The position numbers and the translations under genes were made by a program. From Desulfotalea sp. (lineage in GTDB: Bacteria > Desulfobacterota > Desulfobulbia > Desulfobulbales > Desulfocapsaceae), in NCBI GenBank assembly GCA_051531995.1, contig JAOPTU010000012.1:28430-92429 (forward strand): 64,000 bases of DNA, in the 5' to 3' direction. Shown in pieces: positions 17,725-28,206 of this stretch. Below the pieces are notes generated by a model. The model had not been told where the DNA came from. It saw only the letters and a program-made list of their open reading frames with translations, and did no database searches. Each line of letters opens with the position of its first letter. Position 1 is the stretch's first letter.

Positions 17725-19644
17725 ATGATTAATTTTCAACAACCAATTTGGATTCTAGTAGGTCTAATAGCCGTGCTGACCTGCTTTACCTTCGATTTCA
17801 TCCGTCAAAAAAGAAGACAGGAAAAGCTCGCTGATTTCGCCTGCCAAAAACTACGAGAGAAACTCATTGTTAATGTTTCCAAGAGAAGGCGTAGCACCAA
17901 AAATGTTCTTATTTTACTAGCCATTTTCTTTATCTTTGTAGCAATAGCCAGACCACAATATGGATTTCAGTGGATTGATGTAAGAAGCAAAGGCATCGAT
18001 ATTTTATTTGCGATAGACACTTCACGCTCAATGCTAGCTGAAGATATTAAACCTAACCGATTAGAACGTGCCCGTTACGCAATTTTAGATTTTTCACAAA
18101 ATCTGAACGGTGATCGAGTTGGCCTAATTCCATTTGCGGGTTCCGCTTATTTGATGTGTCCACTAACAACAGATTACACCGCCTTTTCTGATTCGGTTCA
18201 AGATTTAGACACTAATATAATTCCACAAGCAGGAACAAATATTTCTGCCGTTATTGAGCTTGCTGAGAAAACTCTGCAAACTAGTAATAACCACAAAATC
18301 CTGATTATTTTAACCGATGGAGAGAACCTACAGGGCAACGTCATCGAGACAGCGACAAAGGCAGGAGAAAACGGCATGGCAATCTACACAATTGGTGTAG
18401 GTACAAACTCAGGAGAATTAATCCCTACTGAAAATGGTTTTTTAAGAGATTCAAATGGTAAGTATGTTAGCTCCAAGCTAGATGAAGAAACCTTAAAGAA
18501 AATTTCGGCCAGTACAGGGGCAAAATCCGTTTTATTAGGTAGCAGGGGGCAGGGTCTCGAAAAAATATACAACGAGGAATTAAGTTTAATCCCAAAAAGT
18601 GAAAACAAAGAAAAACGTAAAAAAGTATTTATCCAAAGATATTATTGGCCGTTAGGATTTGCACTATTTCTACTAATACTGGAGATGTTGATAGGAGAGC
18701 ATGGAAAACAAGGTTTTTTCTCTAAAAGGAAAAAAGAGGTTCTAACTCTTTTTCTTTTAGCTTTTCTTTGTAATGACAGGACAGCATTAGCCGATAATGG
18801 TAGCGATAGTTACCTTTCAGGTGATTATATAAGTGCTGGAAAAATATACGAAGAACGCTTAAGCAAAAACCAAAACGACCCCACCCTTCTGTATAATATG
18901 GGTAGCATTTCCTATAAGAACAACCTCTATGATGAGGCAATAAATTACTTCACTAAATCACTTAGTAGCGAAGATATAAGTTTACACAGCAAAGCTTATT
19001 ATAACCTTGGTAACTCTTTTTATAAAAAAGGTGAAGAAAGTCTGGCACAAGATCCATCCAAAACTATAGAATCATGGAAGAAGGCTCAGGATAATTACCA
19101 AGCGTGTTTGGAACTTGATAAAAACAATATCAAGTCAGAACAAAACAAAAAAATCGTGCGAAAAAAGCTAGAAGAATTAGAGAAACAACAAGAAAAAAAT
19201 CAACAGAATCAAAGTAGCCAGCAGGACAATAAAGATGAACAAAATAAGCAAGATCAGCAAGGTAAGCAGGATCAACAGAACAAGCAAGAACAGCAAAACC
19301 AACAAGACAAACAAGACAAACAAGACAAACAAAATAATAATGAATCCAGCTCAGAAAAACAAGGTAGTGATGAAAAAGATAACAATCAAAAGAATACAAA
19401 AGATAAAGAGTTAGACAAGGCACAACAGGAAAAAGAAAATAAAGAATCTAAAGCCACTGAGACACCACAAGCTGTAAACAAAGAGCCGGTCCAGCCTGTT
19501 AAAGCTCAACAAGATGAAAAAGAAAACGGCATGAGCAAAAAAGAGGCCCAGAGAATACTTGAAATTCTCCGTAACGAGGAAGGTGATATAAACTTTGTCC
19601 CTAGTTCAAATGGTACCAACAACAACACCGACAAAAACTGGTAA
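17725..19644 (+). CDS. vWA + TPR protein (BatB/BatC-like fusion) with a Q/K/D/N-rich tail
   Basis: 639 aa. MIDAS DTSRSM, TM segments, TPR repeats (YNMGSISYKNNLYDEAINYF), then a low-complexity QDK/QNK region. Confidence 0.8.
   Translation: MINFQQPIWILVGLIAVLTCFTFDFIRQKRRQEKLADFACQKLREKLIVNVSKRRRSTKNVLILLAIFFIFVAIARPQYGFQWIDVRSKGIDILFAIDTSRSMLAEDIKPNRLERARYAILDFSQNLNGDRVGLIPFAGSAYLMCPLTTDYTAFSDSVQDLDTNIIPQAGTNISAVIELAEKTLQTSNNHKILIILTDGENLQGNVIETATKAGENGMAIYTIGVGTNSGELIPTENGFLRDSNGKYVSSKLDEETLKKISASTGAKSVLLGSRGQGLEKIYNEELSLIPKSENKEKRKKVFIQRYYWPLGFALFLLILEMLIGEHGKQGFFSKRKKEVLTLFLLAFLCNDRTALADNGSDSYLSGDYISAGKIYEERLSKNQNDPTLLYNMGSISYKNNLYDEAINYFTKSLSSEDISLHSKAYYNLGNSFYKKGEESLAQDPSKTIESWKKAQDNYQACLELDKNNIKSEQNKKIVRKKLEELEKQQEKNQQNQSSQQDNKDEQNKQDQQGKQDQQNKQEQQNQQDKQDKQDKQNNNESSSEKQGSDEKDNNQKNTKDKELDKAQQEKENKESKATETPQAVNKEPVQPVKAQQDEKENGMSKKEAQRILEILRNEEGDINFVPSSNGTNNNTDKNW
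19303..19329 (+). repeat. 3 x 9-bp in-frame tandem repeat (CAAGACAAA = QDK)
   Basis: Three perfect adjacent copies read directly in the sequence, embedded in a wider CAA/AAG-rich tract. Confidence 0.85.
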
Positions 19645-19649
19645 ATAAT

Positions 19650-21386
19650 ATGAAAAAAATAGCTTTATTAACATTTATACTCGCACTATTTACAACAATC
19701 AGTTTGGCAAGCGAAGTATCAGTTAAGGTTGGCATGCGCAAGACCTCTTTTAGTATCACCCAGGGGGGTGTCATGCTGGTGGAAATACAGGGCAGCAGGT
19801 CGGCTGAAATCATCCTCCCAGATGTTAACGGTATAACCTTTCAAGGGGCTGGCAGTAGCCAAAACGTACAGTTTATAAACGGTGATTTTTCGGCAACAAT
19901 TGTGAAAAGTTACGTCATCGTGGCTGAAAAAGAAGGCAGCTACAATATCCCTAAAATAGAGGTGAAAGTAGATGATGAGTCGTACTATTCTAAACCTTTT
20001 ACCTTTCGAGTGAATGCTGATAAGACAGCACAAACAAAGGATATTAGGGGTAATGAAATTGCTTTTATTGACCTGCAAGTGGAAAAATCAGCTTACCCGG
20101 GCGAGAAACTGGATTTAGTCGTGAATGCTTATTTTAATAATAATTACAATATCAAAGTAAATTCAGGGCCCCAGCTAACCTACAATAATGGTCTAGTCAT
20201 ATCTTCTTCCAGTGATAAACCAATCCAAACCCAAGAGAGTCGTGGTACAACCACCTACAGTAAAGTTATGTGGCACCTTAGTATATCTGCTCTAAAGTCT
20301 GGCTCATACCCAGTAGAAGTACAAATACCTGCTATTATTACCACCAAAAGCCAGCGTAGAAACCAGTTTAACGATCCATTTTTTAACTCTCTTTTCCAAG
20401 ACAACAAAAGAGAAAGTTTTGTCGTAAAAAGTGACATAGTAGATGTCGAGATACTTAAATTACCTGAAGAAAATATGCCCGATAATTTTACGGGAGCAAT
20501 AGGTAAGTTTGATATTGTAGTCTCCGCTGACTCCGCTCAAGCAGAGATAGGTCAACCTGTAACCCTGATAAACACAATTGTTGGGCAAGGAAATTTTGAA
20601 AACGTTAGCCCTCCAGTAATGAATGAAAATAAAAATTGGAAAATTTATCCTGCCAAACCGATAAGCGATCAAAATGAAAAAAACCAAAAAGTTTTCGAAC
20701 AGGTTGTAATTGCTAAAAAACAGACAAGTACCATACCCCCACTACACTTTAGTTATTTTGATCCTGAAACAAAAGAATATGTGGTCATCGAAAGTGAACC
20801 TATAAAAATTGAAGTTTTAGCTAACGGTTTAGATGCTGTAAATCAGGATAAAAAAGAACCTACTATTGAAGAACCAAAAAAGGTGCATGATCTTACTAAT
20901 ACAAAGAGCATTACTCCCAGAAAACAGCCAGATGACATCATTGACCAGTACCCTTCTGATTTATCGGCTAAACAGACAAAACCAATTTTCATGCAAGCAT
21001 GGTTTCAGGTCATTATTTTTGTTTGCCTGCTATTAATGGCTGTTCTATTCAGCTACTCTTTATATTCATATCTACAAAAGAAAAATTATAAAAAAATCGC
21101 TGAAAAGAACCGCCTAAAATTACTTGAGAAACAGTTATTAGATATTGCCGAAAAACAAGGCGATGATAAAATATTGAGAACCAAGGTGTGTATCCAAGAA
21201 CAGTTATCTCTTAAGCTGGGTCTAGAAGCTAGAGCAATTAGTGGAGCTACAATTAGAGAAAAACTTCCACACTCTGAACTTAGCAATATTATGGACAAGA
21301 TAAATGATTTTAGCTTAGTTGGAAAACCAATATCTAATGATGAAATAGTCACGTATCTAGAACAAATCAAAAAGGAGTTGAGCTAG
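19650..21386 (+). CDS. batD: BatD-like (oxygen tolerance) protein
   Basis: 578 aa. Signal peptide, large beta-rich extracytoplasmic region, C-terminal TM and cytoplasmic tail. Operon position after batB/C. Confidence 0.7.
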   Translation: MKKIALLTFILALFTTISLASEVSVKVGMRKTSFSITQGGVMLVEIQGSRSAEIILPDVNGITFQGAGSSQNVQFINGDFSATIVKSYVIVAEKEGSYNIPKIEVKVDDESYYSKPFTFRVNADKTAQTKDIRGNEIAFIDLQVEKSAYPGEKLDLVVNAYFNNNYNIKVNSGPQLTYNNGLVISSSSDKPIQTQESRGTTTYSKVMWHLSISALKSGSYPVEVQIPAIITTKSQRRNQFNDPFFNSLFQDNKRESFVVKSDIVDVEILKLPEENMPDNFTGAIGKFDIVVSADSAQAEIGQPVTLINTIVGQGNFENVSPPVMNENKNWKIYPAKPISDQNEKNQKVFEQVVIAKKQTSTIPPLHFSYFDPETKEYVVIESEPIKIEVLANGLDAVNQDKKEPTIEEPKKVHDLTNTKSITPRKQPDDIIDQYPSDLSAKQTKPIFMQAWFQVIIFVCLLLMAVLFSYSLYSYLQKKNYKKIAEKNRLKLLEKQLLDIAEKQGDDKILRTKVCIQEQLSLKLGLEARAISGATIREKLPHSELSNIMDKINDFSLVGKPISNDEIVTYLEQIKKELS

Positions 21387-21388
21387 CC

Positions 21389-22102
21389 ATGAAAAAATTT
21401 CTTTTTATAATTCTATTTTTATTACCGCCTCTTACTTTTGCTTCAAATTTTAATGATGCAAATAAAGCCTTTAAAGATGGGCAGTACGATAAGGCAATCC
21501 CTTTGTACCAAGATATATTGGAAGAAAATGGTTACTCTGTAGCGGTTCTATATAACTTGGCAAATTCATATTCTAAAACAGGTGATATAGGTCGTGCTGT
21601 TCTTTATTATCAAAAGGCTAAATATATTGATCCAAGCAACGGCGATATTACAAAAAACCTGCAATTACTCCGCGAGAATGCTGGTCTGTATAACCAAGAA
21701 GAAAATAAGTACCTAGCCATTATATCACAACTAAATGTCAGTTCCTGGGCTTTTATTTCCCTATTCTGCCTAATTGCAATAACATTACTACTGTTTATAA
21801 ACAGATTATTACCAAAATTTAAATTTGTAACCAGAGCTAGTATACCTGTTCTAATAGTCGCAATGACCTTGTCCGCCTTTTCATCCTGGAACCAATATAA
21901 AAACTGGCAAGCCCTGGTTTTAATTGATGACCAAGATTTAAAGATTAGCCCTTTTGATAAATCTGAATCAAAGGGAATTTTAAAAGCAGGCAGACTTGTA
22001 TATGAAAATAAAAAATATGATAACTATATCTATGTAAAAGATGAGACAGGACGTAAAGGTTGGCTAGAGAATACGAATATTGAATCTATTATAAATCATT
22101 AA
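21389..22102 (+). CDS. TPR + SH3-like protein (BatE-like)
   Basis: 237 aa. Signal peptide, TPR repeats, two TMs, C-terminal SH3b-like end (GRKGWLEN). Confidence 0.65.
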   Translation: MKKFLFIILFLLPPLTFASNFNDANKAFKDGQYDKAIPLYQDILEENGYSVAVLYNLANSYSKTGDIGRAVLYYQKAKYIDPSNGDITKNLQLLRENAGLYNQEENKYLAIISQLNVSSWAFISLFCLIAITLLLFINRLLPKFKFVTRASIPVLIVAMTLSAFSSWNQYKNWQALVLIDDQDLKISPFDKSESKGILKAGRLVYENKKYDNYIYVKDETGRKGWLENTNIESIINH

Positions 22103-22193
22103 GTACTTTTTCGTTTAAACGAAAAACTTTGCGCTAAAAATTTATTACTTAAGTTGTTCTATATTTATTATGGAAATAAGGCTGGAAGGGTGT

Positions 22194-22889
22194 TTATGCC
22201 TTATCTTGATCAATTTTTTCTAGTAGAACTTTAACAACTTGCCCGATACTAAGAATACCTGTATCAACCAAATGGGCATCATCTGCTTGTTTTAAAGGAG
22301 CAATTTTTCTAGTTCTATCATTTTTATCCCTGGTTATTATTTGCTCTAATAATACATCGTAAGTAATGCTCGTATCCCCTTTTTCCTCTAACTGTTTAAT
22401 TCTTCTAGTTGTTCTAATTTCTGCACTTGCTTCAAGAAAAAATTTATGTCTCGCTAAAGGGAAAACAACAGTTCCCATATCACGCCCTTCTGCCACAAGA
22501 TAACCAGCAGCACCTATATTTCTTTGTAATTCTGTTAATTTTTCCCTAACGCAAGCAAGAGCTGAGACTTCAGATGCTAGAAGGGAGGTAGAGGGAAGTC
22601 TAATTTCTTCACTTACATCCTCTCCTGCAATTATAACCCCAGTATCTCCATCTTTGTTGCTGATTAACTTTAATTCCACATCAGTAATAGCACAAGCGAC
22701 ATCATTTTCATTTGTCAAATCGATACCATTATTTTTCAAAAATATACCTATTGCCCGATACATAGCACCAGTATCAAGATAAGTATATCCCAGAATAGAT
22801 GCAACTTTTCTGCTTATGGTAGACTTCCCCACGCCCGCTGGACCATCTATACAAACAACATTAATTTTACTGCACATAGCCCAGTTCAC
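22194..22889 (-). CDS. cmk: cytidylate kinase
   Basis: IDGPAGVGKST P-loop, GRDMGTVVFP. Confidence 0.9.
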   Translation of the reverse strand: MNWAMCSKINVVCIDGPAGVGKSTISRKVASILGYTYLDTGAMYRAIGIFLKNNGIDLTNENDVACAITDVELKLISNKDGDTGVIIAGEDVSEEIRLPSTSLLASEVSALACVREKLTELQRNIGAAGYLVAEGRDMGTVVFPLARHKFFLEASAEIRTTRRIKQLEEKGDTSITYDVLLEQIITRDKNDRTRKIAPLKQADDAHLVDTGILSIGQVVKVLLEKIDQDKA

Positions 22890-23982
22890 CTAAACAGTCC
22901 AAAAGAGTGTATAAAAAACGTGTGTTTTCAGATTCATTTCCAACTGTAACCCTTATACAGTTGCTAAACCCATAAGCAGACATGGAACGAATAATTACCC
23001 CTTTTCGCAACATAGCCTCATAAAGTTGGTCGGCATTTCCCTTAACATCAACAAGAACAAAGTTTGTTTGCGATGGATAAGGTATGCATCCCATTTCTTT
23101 CATTTTGCTAGTTAAATAAATCAGTCCATCCCTAGTCTTCTTAATGGTCTTAGAGGTAAATTCTTTATCTTCAATGGCAGCAAGTGCACCAACTTGAGCA
23201 AGACTATTAACATTGAACGGTTGGCGAACCTTATGCAAACACTCAGCTATTGCCTTTGGCATAATGCCATAACCAATACGCAACCCAGATAAACCATAGA
23301 CCTTGGAAAAAGTTCTAAGTGCTACAACAGCACACCTCTTATTGGTATTACGGATTAGAGAGTAGATATCCATCCACTTATCGTCATCCATAAATTCTAT
23401 ATAGGCTTCATCTAAAACTAAAATCACGTGTTCTGGGATTTTGCTTATAAAATCATATAATTCGCTTGGAGGTACAAATGTTCCTGTAGGGTTGTTGGGA
23501 TTATCAATAAAAATTAGACGCGTTTTTGAATTTATCTCGGCTAGAATTGTCTCTAGATCATGACGCATATTTTTAAGCTTGATAACCTTATTGGTTCCTC
23601 CTCGTACTTGAACGAATTTCTGGTACATCAAAAAAGAAGGATGGCTGGTAATTACCTCTTTTCCCTCTGAAATAAATGCTTTTACTAAAAACTCTATAAC
23701 CTCATTAGAACCGTTACCAAGAACAACTTCCGAAGAATCAACACCGATATTCTTAGCGATAGCCTCGGTTAGATAAAAAGAAGAGCCATCAGGATAGCGC
23801 ATTAAATTTGAAAGAGAGTTCTCAATCGCTTCAATAGCCTTTAATGATGGACCCCAAGAATTTTCATTTGAAGCTAATTTAATAGGGTTACTGATACCAT
23901 ATTCCCTTTCCAACTCATCAATAGGTTTTCCTGGCGGGTACGGTTTAATATTTTCTATATTACGTGGAATATCTAATTTCAA
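22867..23982 (-). CDS. hisC: histidinol-phosphate aminotransferase
   Basis: 371 aa. LASNENSWGPS and the PLP-lysine motif RTFSKVYGLSGLRIGY. Confidence 0.9.
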   Translation of the reverse strand: MKLDIPRNIENIKPYPPGKPIDELEREYGISNPIKLASNENSWGPSLKAIEAIENSLSNLMRYPDGSSFYLTEAIAKNIGVDSSEVVLGNGSNEVIEFLVKAFISEGKEVITSHPSFLMYQKFVQVRGGTNKVIKLKNMRHDLETILAEINSKTRLIFIDNPNNPTGTFVPPSELYDFISKIPEHVILVLDEAYIEFMDDDKWMDIYSLIRNTNKRCAVVALRTFSKVYGLSGLRIGYGIMPKAIAECLHKVRQPFNVNSLAQVGALAAIEDKEFTSKTIKKTRDGLIYLTSKMKEMGCIPYPSQTNFVLVDVKGNADQLYEAMLRKGVIIRSMSAYGFSNCIRVTVGNESENTRFLYTLLDCLGELGYVQ

Positions 23983-23997
23983 ATCATTACTCCTTAA

Positions 23998-25455
23998 TTA
24001 TAGATCCAGATTTCTTGGCTGTAAATTTAACATCTTTTCTAGATTAAAAGCTGTTCTGAAAAGTGTTTCCTCCCCAAAATGAGAACCTTGTAACTGAATA
24101 CCAACGGGTAAACCTGATTTAGTGTACCCACCTGGTACAGACATACCAGGAATTCCTGCTAAATTTGCTGATAAGGTTAAAATATCAGATAGATAAAGAG
24201 CTAACGGATCGTCTGTTTTTTCTCCTATTTTCCAAGCAGGGGTTGGGCTAACTGGAGATAGAATAACATCACACTTTTCATAGGCTTTTTTAAAATCTTC
24301 TAAGATAAGAGTTCTCACCTGTGATGCTTTTTTATAATATGCATCATAGTATCCAGAAGATAAAGCGTAGTTACCGATTAAAATACGTCTTTTAACCTCA
24401 GCTCCAAAACCTTTAGAACGGGATTCTTTATACATTTCGTGAAGCTCTTTTGCATCCATATCACGATAACCATATAAAGCTCCATCATAACGGGAAAGAT
24501 TAGAACTAGCTTCAGCCGGAGCAATTAGGTAGTAAACAGCAACACAGTAATCGGTCAGAGGAAGACTTATATCAACAATTTCAGCCCCAGCTTCTTTTAA
24601 AATATTTATTCCGTTGTTCACAACCCCTTCAACTTCTGGATCAAGACCAGCTGCAAAATATTCTTTAGGTATTCCTATTTTCAATCCCTTTACTCCTTCT
24701 ATCAAAGAAGAAGTATAGTCTGGCACACTTTGCTGAATAGAAGTTGAATCCATAATGTCATAACCAGATATAGCATTTAAAACTAATGCGGTATCTGATA
24801 CGGTTCTACACAAAGGACCAGCCTGATCAAGAGAAGAAGCAAATGCTGTTAAACCATATCTAGAAACTCTTCCGTAAGTCGGCTTCATACCAACAACACC
24901 ACAAAGGGAGGCTGGTTGACGAATTGAGCCACCTGTATCAGTTCCAATAGAGAAAAAACATTCTTGGGCAGCAACAGAAGCAGCAGAACCACCCGAGGAG
25001 CCACCTGTTACATATCCTTTTTTATAAGGGTTTTGAGGAACTCCATAAACACAAGTTTCTGAAGTTGAACCCATGGCAAATTCATCCATACTATTTTTGC
25101 CAAGATTCACAGCACCCACAGCATTTAATTTATCCACCAATGTGGCATTATAGGGAGGCATGAAGCCTTCTAGCATTTTAGAGCCACAGGTCATAGGCAT
25201 CCCTTCAACAGCCAACAAATCTTTTATTGACATCGGAATACCACAAAGTGGATTTTTTTCTCCAGCTAATAACTTCTTGTCCGCTTCTTTTGCCTGTTCC
25301 AAAGCAAAATCTTCATCGACAGAGATAAAAGCTTTAACCTCCGGCTCTACCTCGGATATTCTTTTTAAGCAGTCCTTAGTAAGATCAACGGAACTAAACT
25401 CTCCTGCTCTTAATTTTTTGGAGGCTTCTTCTATACTTAACTCATATGATTTCAT
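23998..25455 (-). CDS. gatA: Glu/Asp-tRNA amidotransferase subunit A
   Basis: 485 aa. Amidase signature GGSSGGSAASVA. Confidence 0.95.
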   Translation of the reverse strand: MKSYELSIEEASKKLRAGEFSSVDLTKDCLKRISEVEPEVKAFISVDEDFALEQAKEADKKLLAGEKNPLCGIPMSIKDLLAVEGMPMTCGSKMLEGFMPPYNATLVDKLNAVGAVNLGKNSMDEFAMGSTSETCVYGVPQNPYKKGYVTGGSSGGSAASVAAQECFFSIGTDTGGSIRQPASLCGVVGMKPTYGRVSRYGLTAFASSLDQAGPLCRTVSDTALVLNAISGYDIMDSTSIQQSVPDYTSSLIEGVKGLKIGIPKEYFAAGLDPEVEGVVNNGINILKEAGAEIVDISLPLTDYCVAVYYLIAPAEASSNLSRYDGALYGYRDMDAKELHEMYKESRSKGFGAEVKRRILIGNYALSSGYYDAYYKKASQVRTLILEDFKKAYEKCDVILSPVSPTPAWKIGEKTDDPLALYLSDILTLSANLAGIPGMSVPGGYTKSGLPVGIQLQGSHFGEETLFRTAFNLEKMLNLQPRNLDL

Positions 25456-25494
25456 CGTAAATAAACCTAGAAAATATTATTTTTATCAAAAGTC

Positions 25495-25785
25495 CTAAAG
25501 AACGCGTGGAACTTGGAAAGCAGTTCCATTTTGAAGAGGACCATTTACGAGAGATTTTTCTTGGGATAATGAATCTTTAACAATATCCTCTCGAAAGGCA
25601 TTTGTTTTTGAAAAAGCATGGGTTGTCGGAACAACACCCTCAGTATTTAGTTCACTTAGTTTATCCACATATGAAAGAATATTATCTAACTGTTCTGTCA
25701 TTTTTACAAGCTCGCTCTCCTCTAGGTTAAGACGAGATAAATGTGCTACGTGCTTTACTTCTTTTTCTGAAATTTTCATATTCAT
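25495..25785 (-). CDS. gatC: Glu/Asp-tRNA amidotransferase subunit C
   Basis: 96 aa. VKHVAHLSRLNLEESE N-terminus typical of GatC. Confidence 0.9.
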   Translation of the reverse strand: MNMKISEKEVKHVAHLSRLNLEESELVKMTEQLDNILSYVDKLSELNTEGVVPTTHAFSKTNAFREDIVKDSLSQEKSLVNGPLQNGTAFQVPRVL

Positions 25786-26913
25786 TTAACCAATATAATT
25801 AAGATAACTATCTAATGTTCTACCAGTATCTAACTCACCACTAGGTACAAAATCCACAATACTTTTACAAAAATAATCTACTATTTCACCGTCAAATTGA
25901 GTTCCTGAACAGTTTTTAAGCTCTTGAATAGCATCTTTCATACTTAAATTAACGCGATAATTTCTCTTGGATGTCATGGCGTCATAGCTATCAACTATTA
26001 TTAATATTTTTGTAAGATTATCTAACTCATACCCTGTTAAGCCATCAGGGTACCCTTTACCGTCAACCCTTTCATGGTGATGGCGGATAATAAAATTTTC
26101 TCTATCCATAAAGCCAAGAGGTTTAATAATATTAGCTCCGACTTCAGGATGTTTCTTTATTAATTCCCACTCGTCAATTGTTAATTTGCCAGGTTTTTGG
26201 ATACATGATAAATCGATTACCAACTTCCCAACATCATGGAACTGGGCTGCTCTTCTTAAAACCATTAAATCTTCATCAGGGAGCCCCATTGAAAGACCTA
26301 ACATCAAAGCATACTCGGTTACTCTAATAGTATGACCAGCCGTATAAAAATCTTTTTCTTCCATGGCATTTTGCAAACTTGTCATAAGTTGAACAGTGCC
26401 ATATTCAATAGTTTTATTAAATTTTCGGAGTACTTTATTTTGTTTTTCTAATTGACTTGTTTTTAACTTAAGATCTTCTTCTAAATTTTGTTTATAAAGA
26501 TTTTCTTTTAGAATAAACTGTCTTTTTTCAACGGCTCTTTTTACTTTTTGATTGAATACATCTAAATCACCTAAGGGCTTAGTCAAAAAGTCATAACCAC
26601 CAATGTTTATTGCTTTTACTGCATATTCCATTGATCCTGCCCCTGTAAGAAACAAAACAGGAATATTGTATTTCAATTCTGTAATTCGCTCCATGGTAGC
26701 AAAACCATCCATCCCTGGCATGTTTATATCAAGGATGATTACGTGAAATGTTTCATCAATCAATATTAATGCCTCTTCACCACTACTAGCTGAAACGACG
26801 GTATACTGATATACTTCTAGAATTTTTGAGATTGTATCTCTTACTATTCTATCATCATCAATAACAAGAATCTTAACAACTGAGTTTTCAAGAGAATTGA
26901 TTGTATCCTTCAT
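25786..26913 (-). CDS. response regulator with HD-GYP domain (c-di-GMP phosphodiesterase type)
   Basis: 375 aa. Receiver domain (VIDDD, ILDINMP), HDVGK and HHERVDGKGYP motifs. The stop abuts the gatC start with no gap. Confidence 0.85.
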   Translation of the reverse strand: MKDTINSLENSVVKILVIDDDRIVRDTISKILEVYQYTVVSASSGEEALILIDETFHVIILDINMPGMDGFATMERITELKYNIPVLFLTGAGSMEYAVKAINIGGYDFLTKPLGDLDVFNQKVKRAVEKRQFILKENLYKQNLEEDLKLKTSQLEKQNKVLRKFNKTIEYGTVQLMTSLQNAMEEKDFYTAGHTIRVTEYALMLGLSMGLPDEDLMVLRRAAQFHDVGKLVIDLSCIQKPGKLTIDEWELIKKHPEVGANIIKPLGFMDRENFIIRHHHERVDGKGYPDGLTGYELDNLTKILIIVDSYDAMTSKRNYRVNLSMKDAIQELKNCSGTQFDGEIVDYFCKSIVDFVPSGELDTGRTLDSYLNYIG

Positions 26914-27153
26914 TATTTCCCATAGCAGAATTTTTTGTTTGGTACTTTAAAAAACAAATATTGATATCAACATGTTCTGTAAAAATAACATATTTTATAA
27001 AAGTTTCTTCATAAAAACATTTTTACCGAAATATTACAAACGCCCACTGCTCTGATTCCGTATACTTCTAACACACATAATTAACTGGTTACCACAATAG
27101 CCCTATAAAACGTGCCTAAAGTAAAGAAAATTTTTCCACATAACTTACGCGTT

Positions 27154-28206
27154 TCAAACTAACTCTTTCATAATTAAATCATGGAATTTAGGTCTAAAAA
27201 GTTTCATATCTCTTAAACTATCTGGGGAAATTGCTCGGTTAGTTAACAAAACGATAACGATAGATCTTTCTAAATCTACCCAAAAAGACGTTCCAGTAAA
27301 TCCTAAATGACCAACACTATTTCTACTAAAAAATATACCTGAGCTGGAATATTCTCTACTTGGAGTATCAAAACCATAGGTAAAACGATTTATATTTTCT
27401 TTTTTCCATATTTGCTCAATAATTTTAAAAGAACAAAAAGGTAAATCAACTTTATTGTGGTACGAATTAGTTAAACTTTTTAATAATTTAAGAATTCCCT
27501 TAATTGATCCAAAAAGACCAGCATGTCCGGCACATCCACCAAGTAGTCGACAGTTATCATCATGAACTTCTCCACAGTACTTAACATTTTTATCCACAAT
27601 ATTTACAGTGCTAACACAATTATTATTATTTAATATAATATCTCCTGAAAACTTGAAATACTCATTAAGTTTCAATGGTTTTGATATGTTTATATTCCAA
27701 AAGTTAGCTAAATTATCTCCACTTACAATTTCTATTATAGCCCCTAAGAGAATGTATCCTAAATCACTGTATATCTCTTTTTTATTGGGTTTATCTACTA
27801 ATTTTGAAAATAATATTTCCTCTATAATTTCGTTCTTTGTTAATTCTTTTTCATAAAACTTAATATGATCTAACAATCCCGACCTGTGATTCAATAATTG
27901 GCCAATACTTATATTTTTTTTATCATTAGGGATAGCTGGGTAAAATTCATCCAGAGTAGAATTTAGCTTTAACAACTTTTTATCTATTAAAGCGGCGATA
28001 GACAAAGAGGTAACTAGGGGTTTTGTTAATGAGGCAAGATCGAAATATATATCGTCAGATATCCTTATCCCATCATAAATATCCGTATTCCCGTATGAAT
28101 ACTTATCTATCATGTTATTTTCAGTAAGTATTCCTATAGATGCTCCCGAAAAAATTTCATTTTTAATAGCCTTCTCTACCAAGTATTGCATTTCCATGAA
28201 TCTCAT
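27154..28206 (-). CDS. beta-lactamase-family serine hydrolase
   Basis: 350 aa. SxxK motif SLTK, YSD, HLGFTG (KTG-type box). Very AT-rich gene. Confidence 0.7.
   Translation of the reverse strand: MRFMEMQYLVEKAIKNEIFSGASIGILTENNMIDKYSYGNTDIYDGIRISDDIYFDLASLTKPLVTSLSIAALIDKKLLKLNSTLDEFYPAIPNDKKNISIGQLLNHRSGLLDHIKFYEKELTKNEIIEEILFSKLVDKPNKKEIYSDLGYILLGAIIEIVSGDNLANFWNINISKPLKLNEYFKFSGDIILNNNNCVSTVNIVDKNVKYCGEVHDDNCRLLGGCAGHAGLFGSIKGILKLLKSLTNSYHNKVDLPFCSFKIIEQIWKKENINRFTYGFDTPSREYSSSGIFFSRNSVGHLGFTGTSFWVDLERSIVIVLLTNRAISPDSLRDMKLFRPKFHDLIMKELV

Noticed and set aside
19130-19423. 97-aa minus-strand ORF
   Set aside because: It is the antisense reading of the CAA/AAG low-complexity repeat tract in the BatB/C-like gene.
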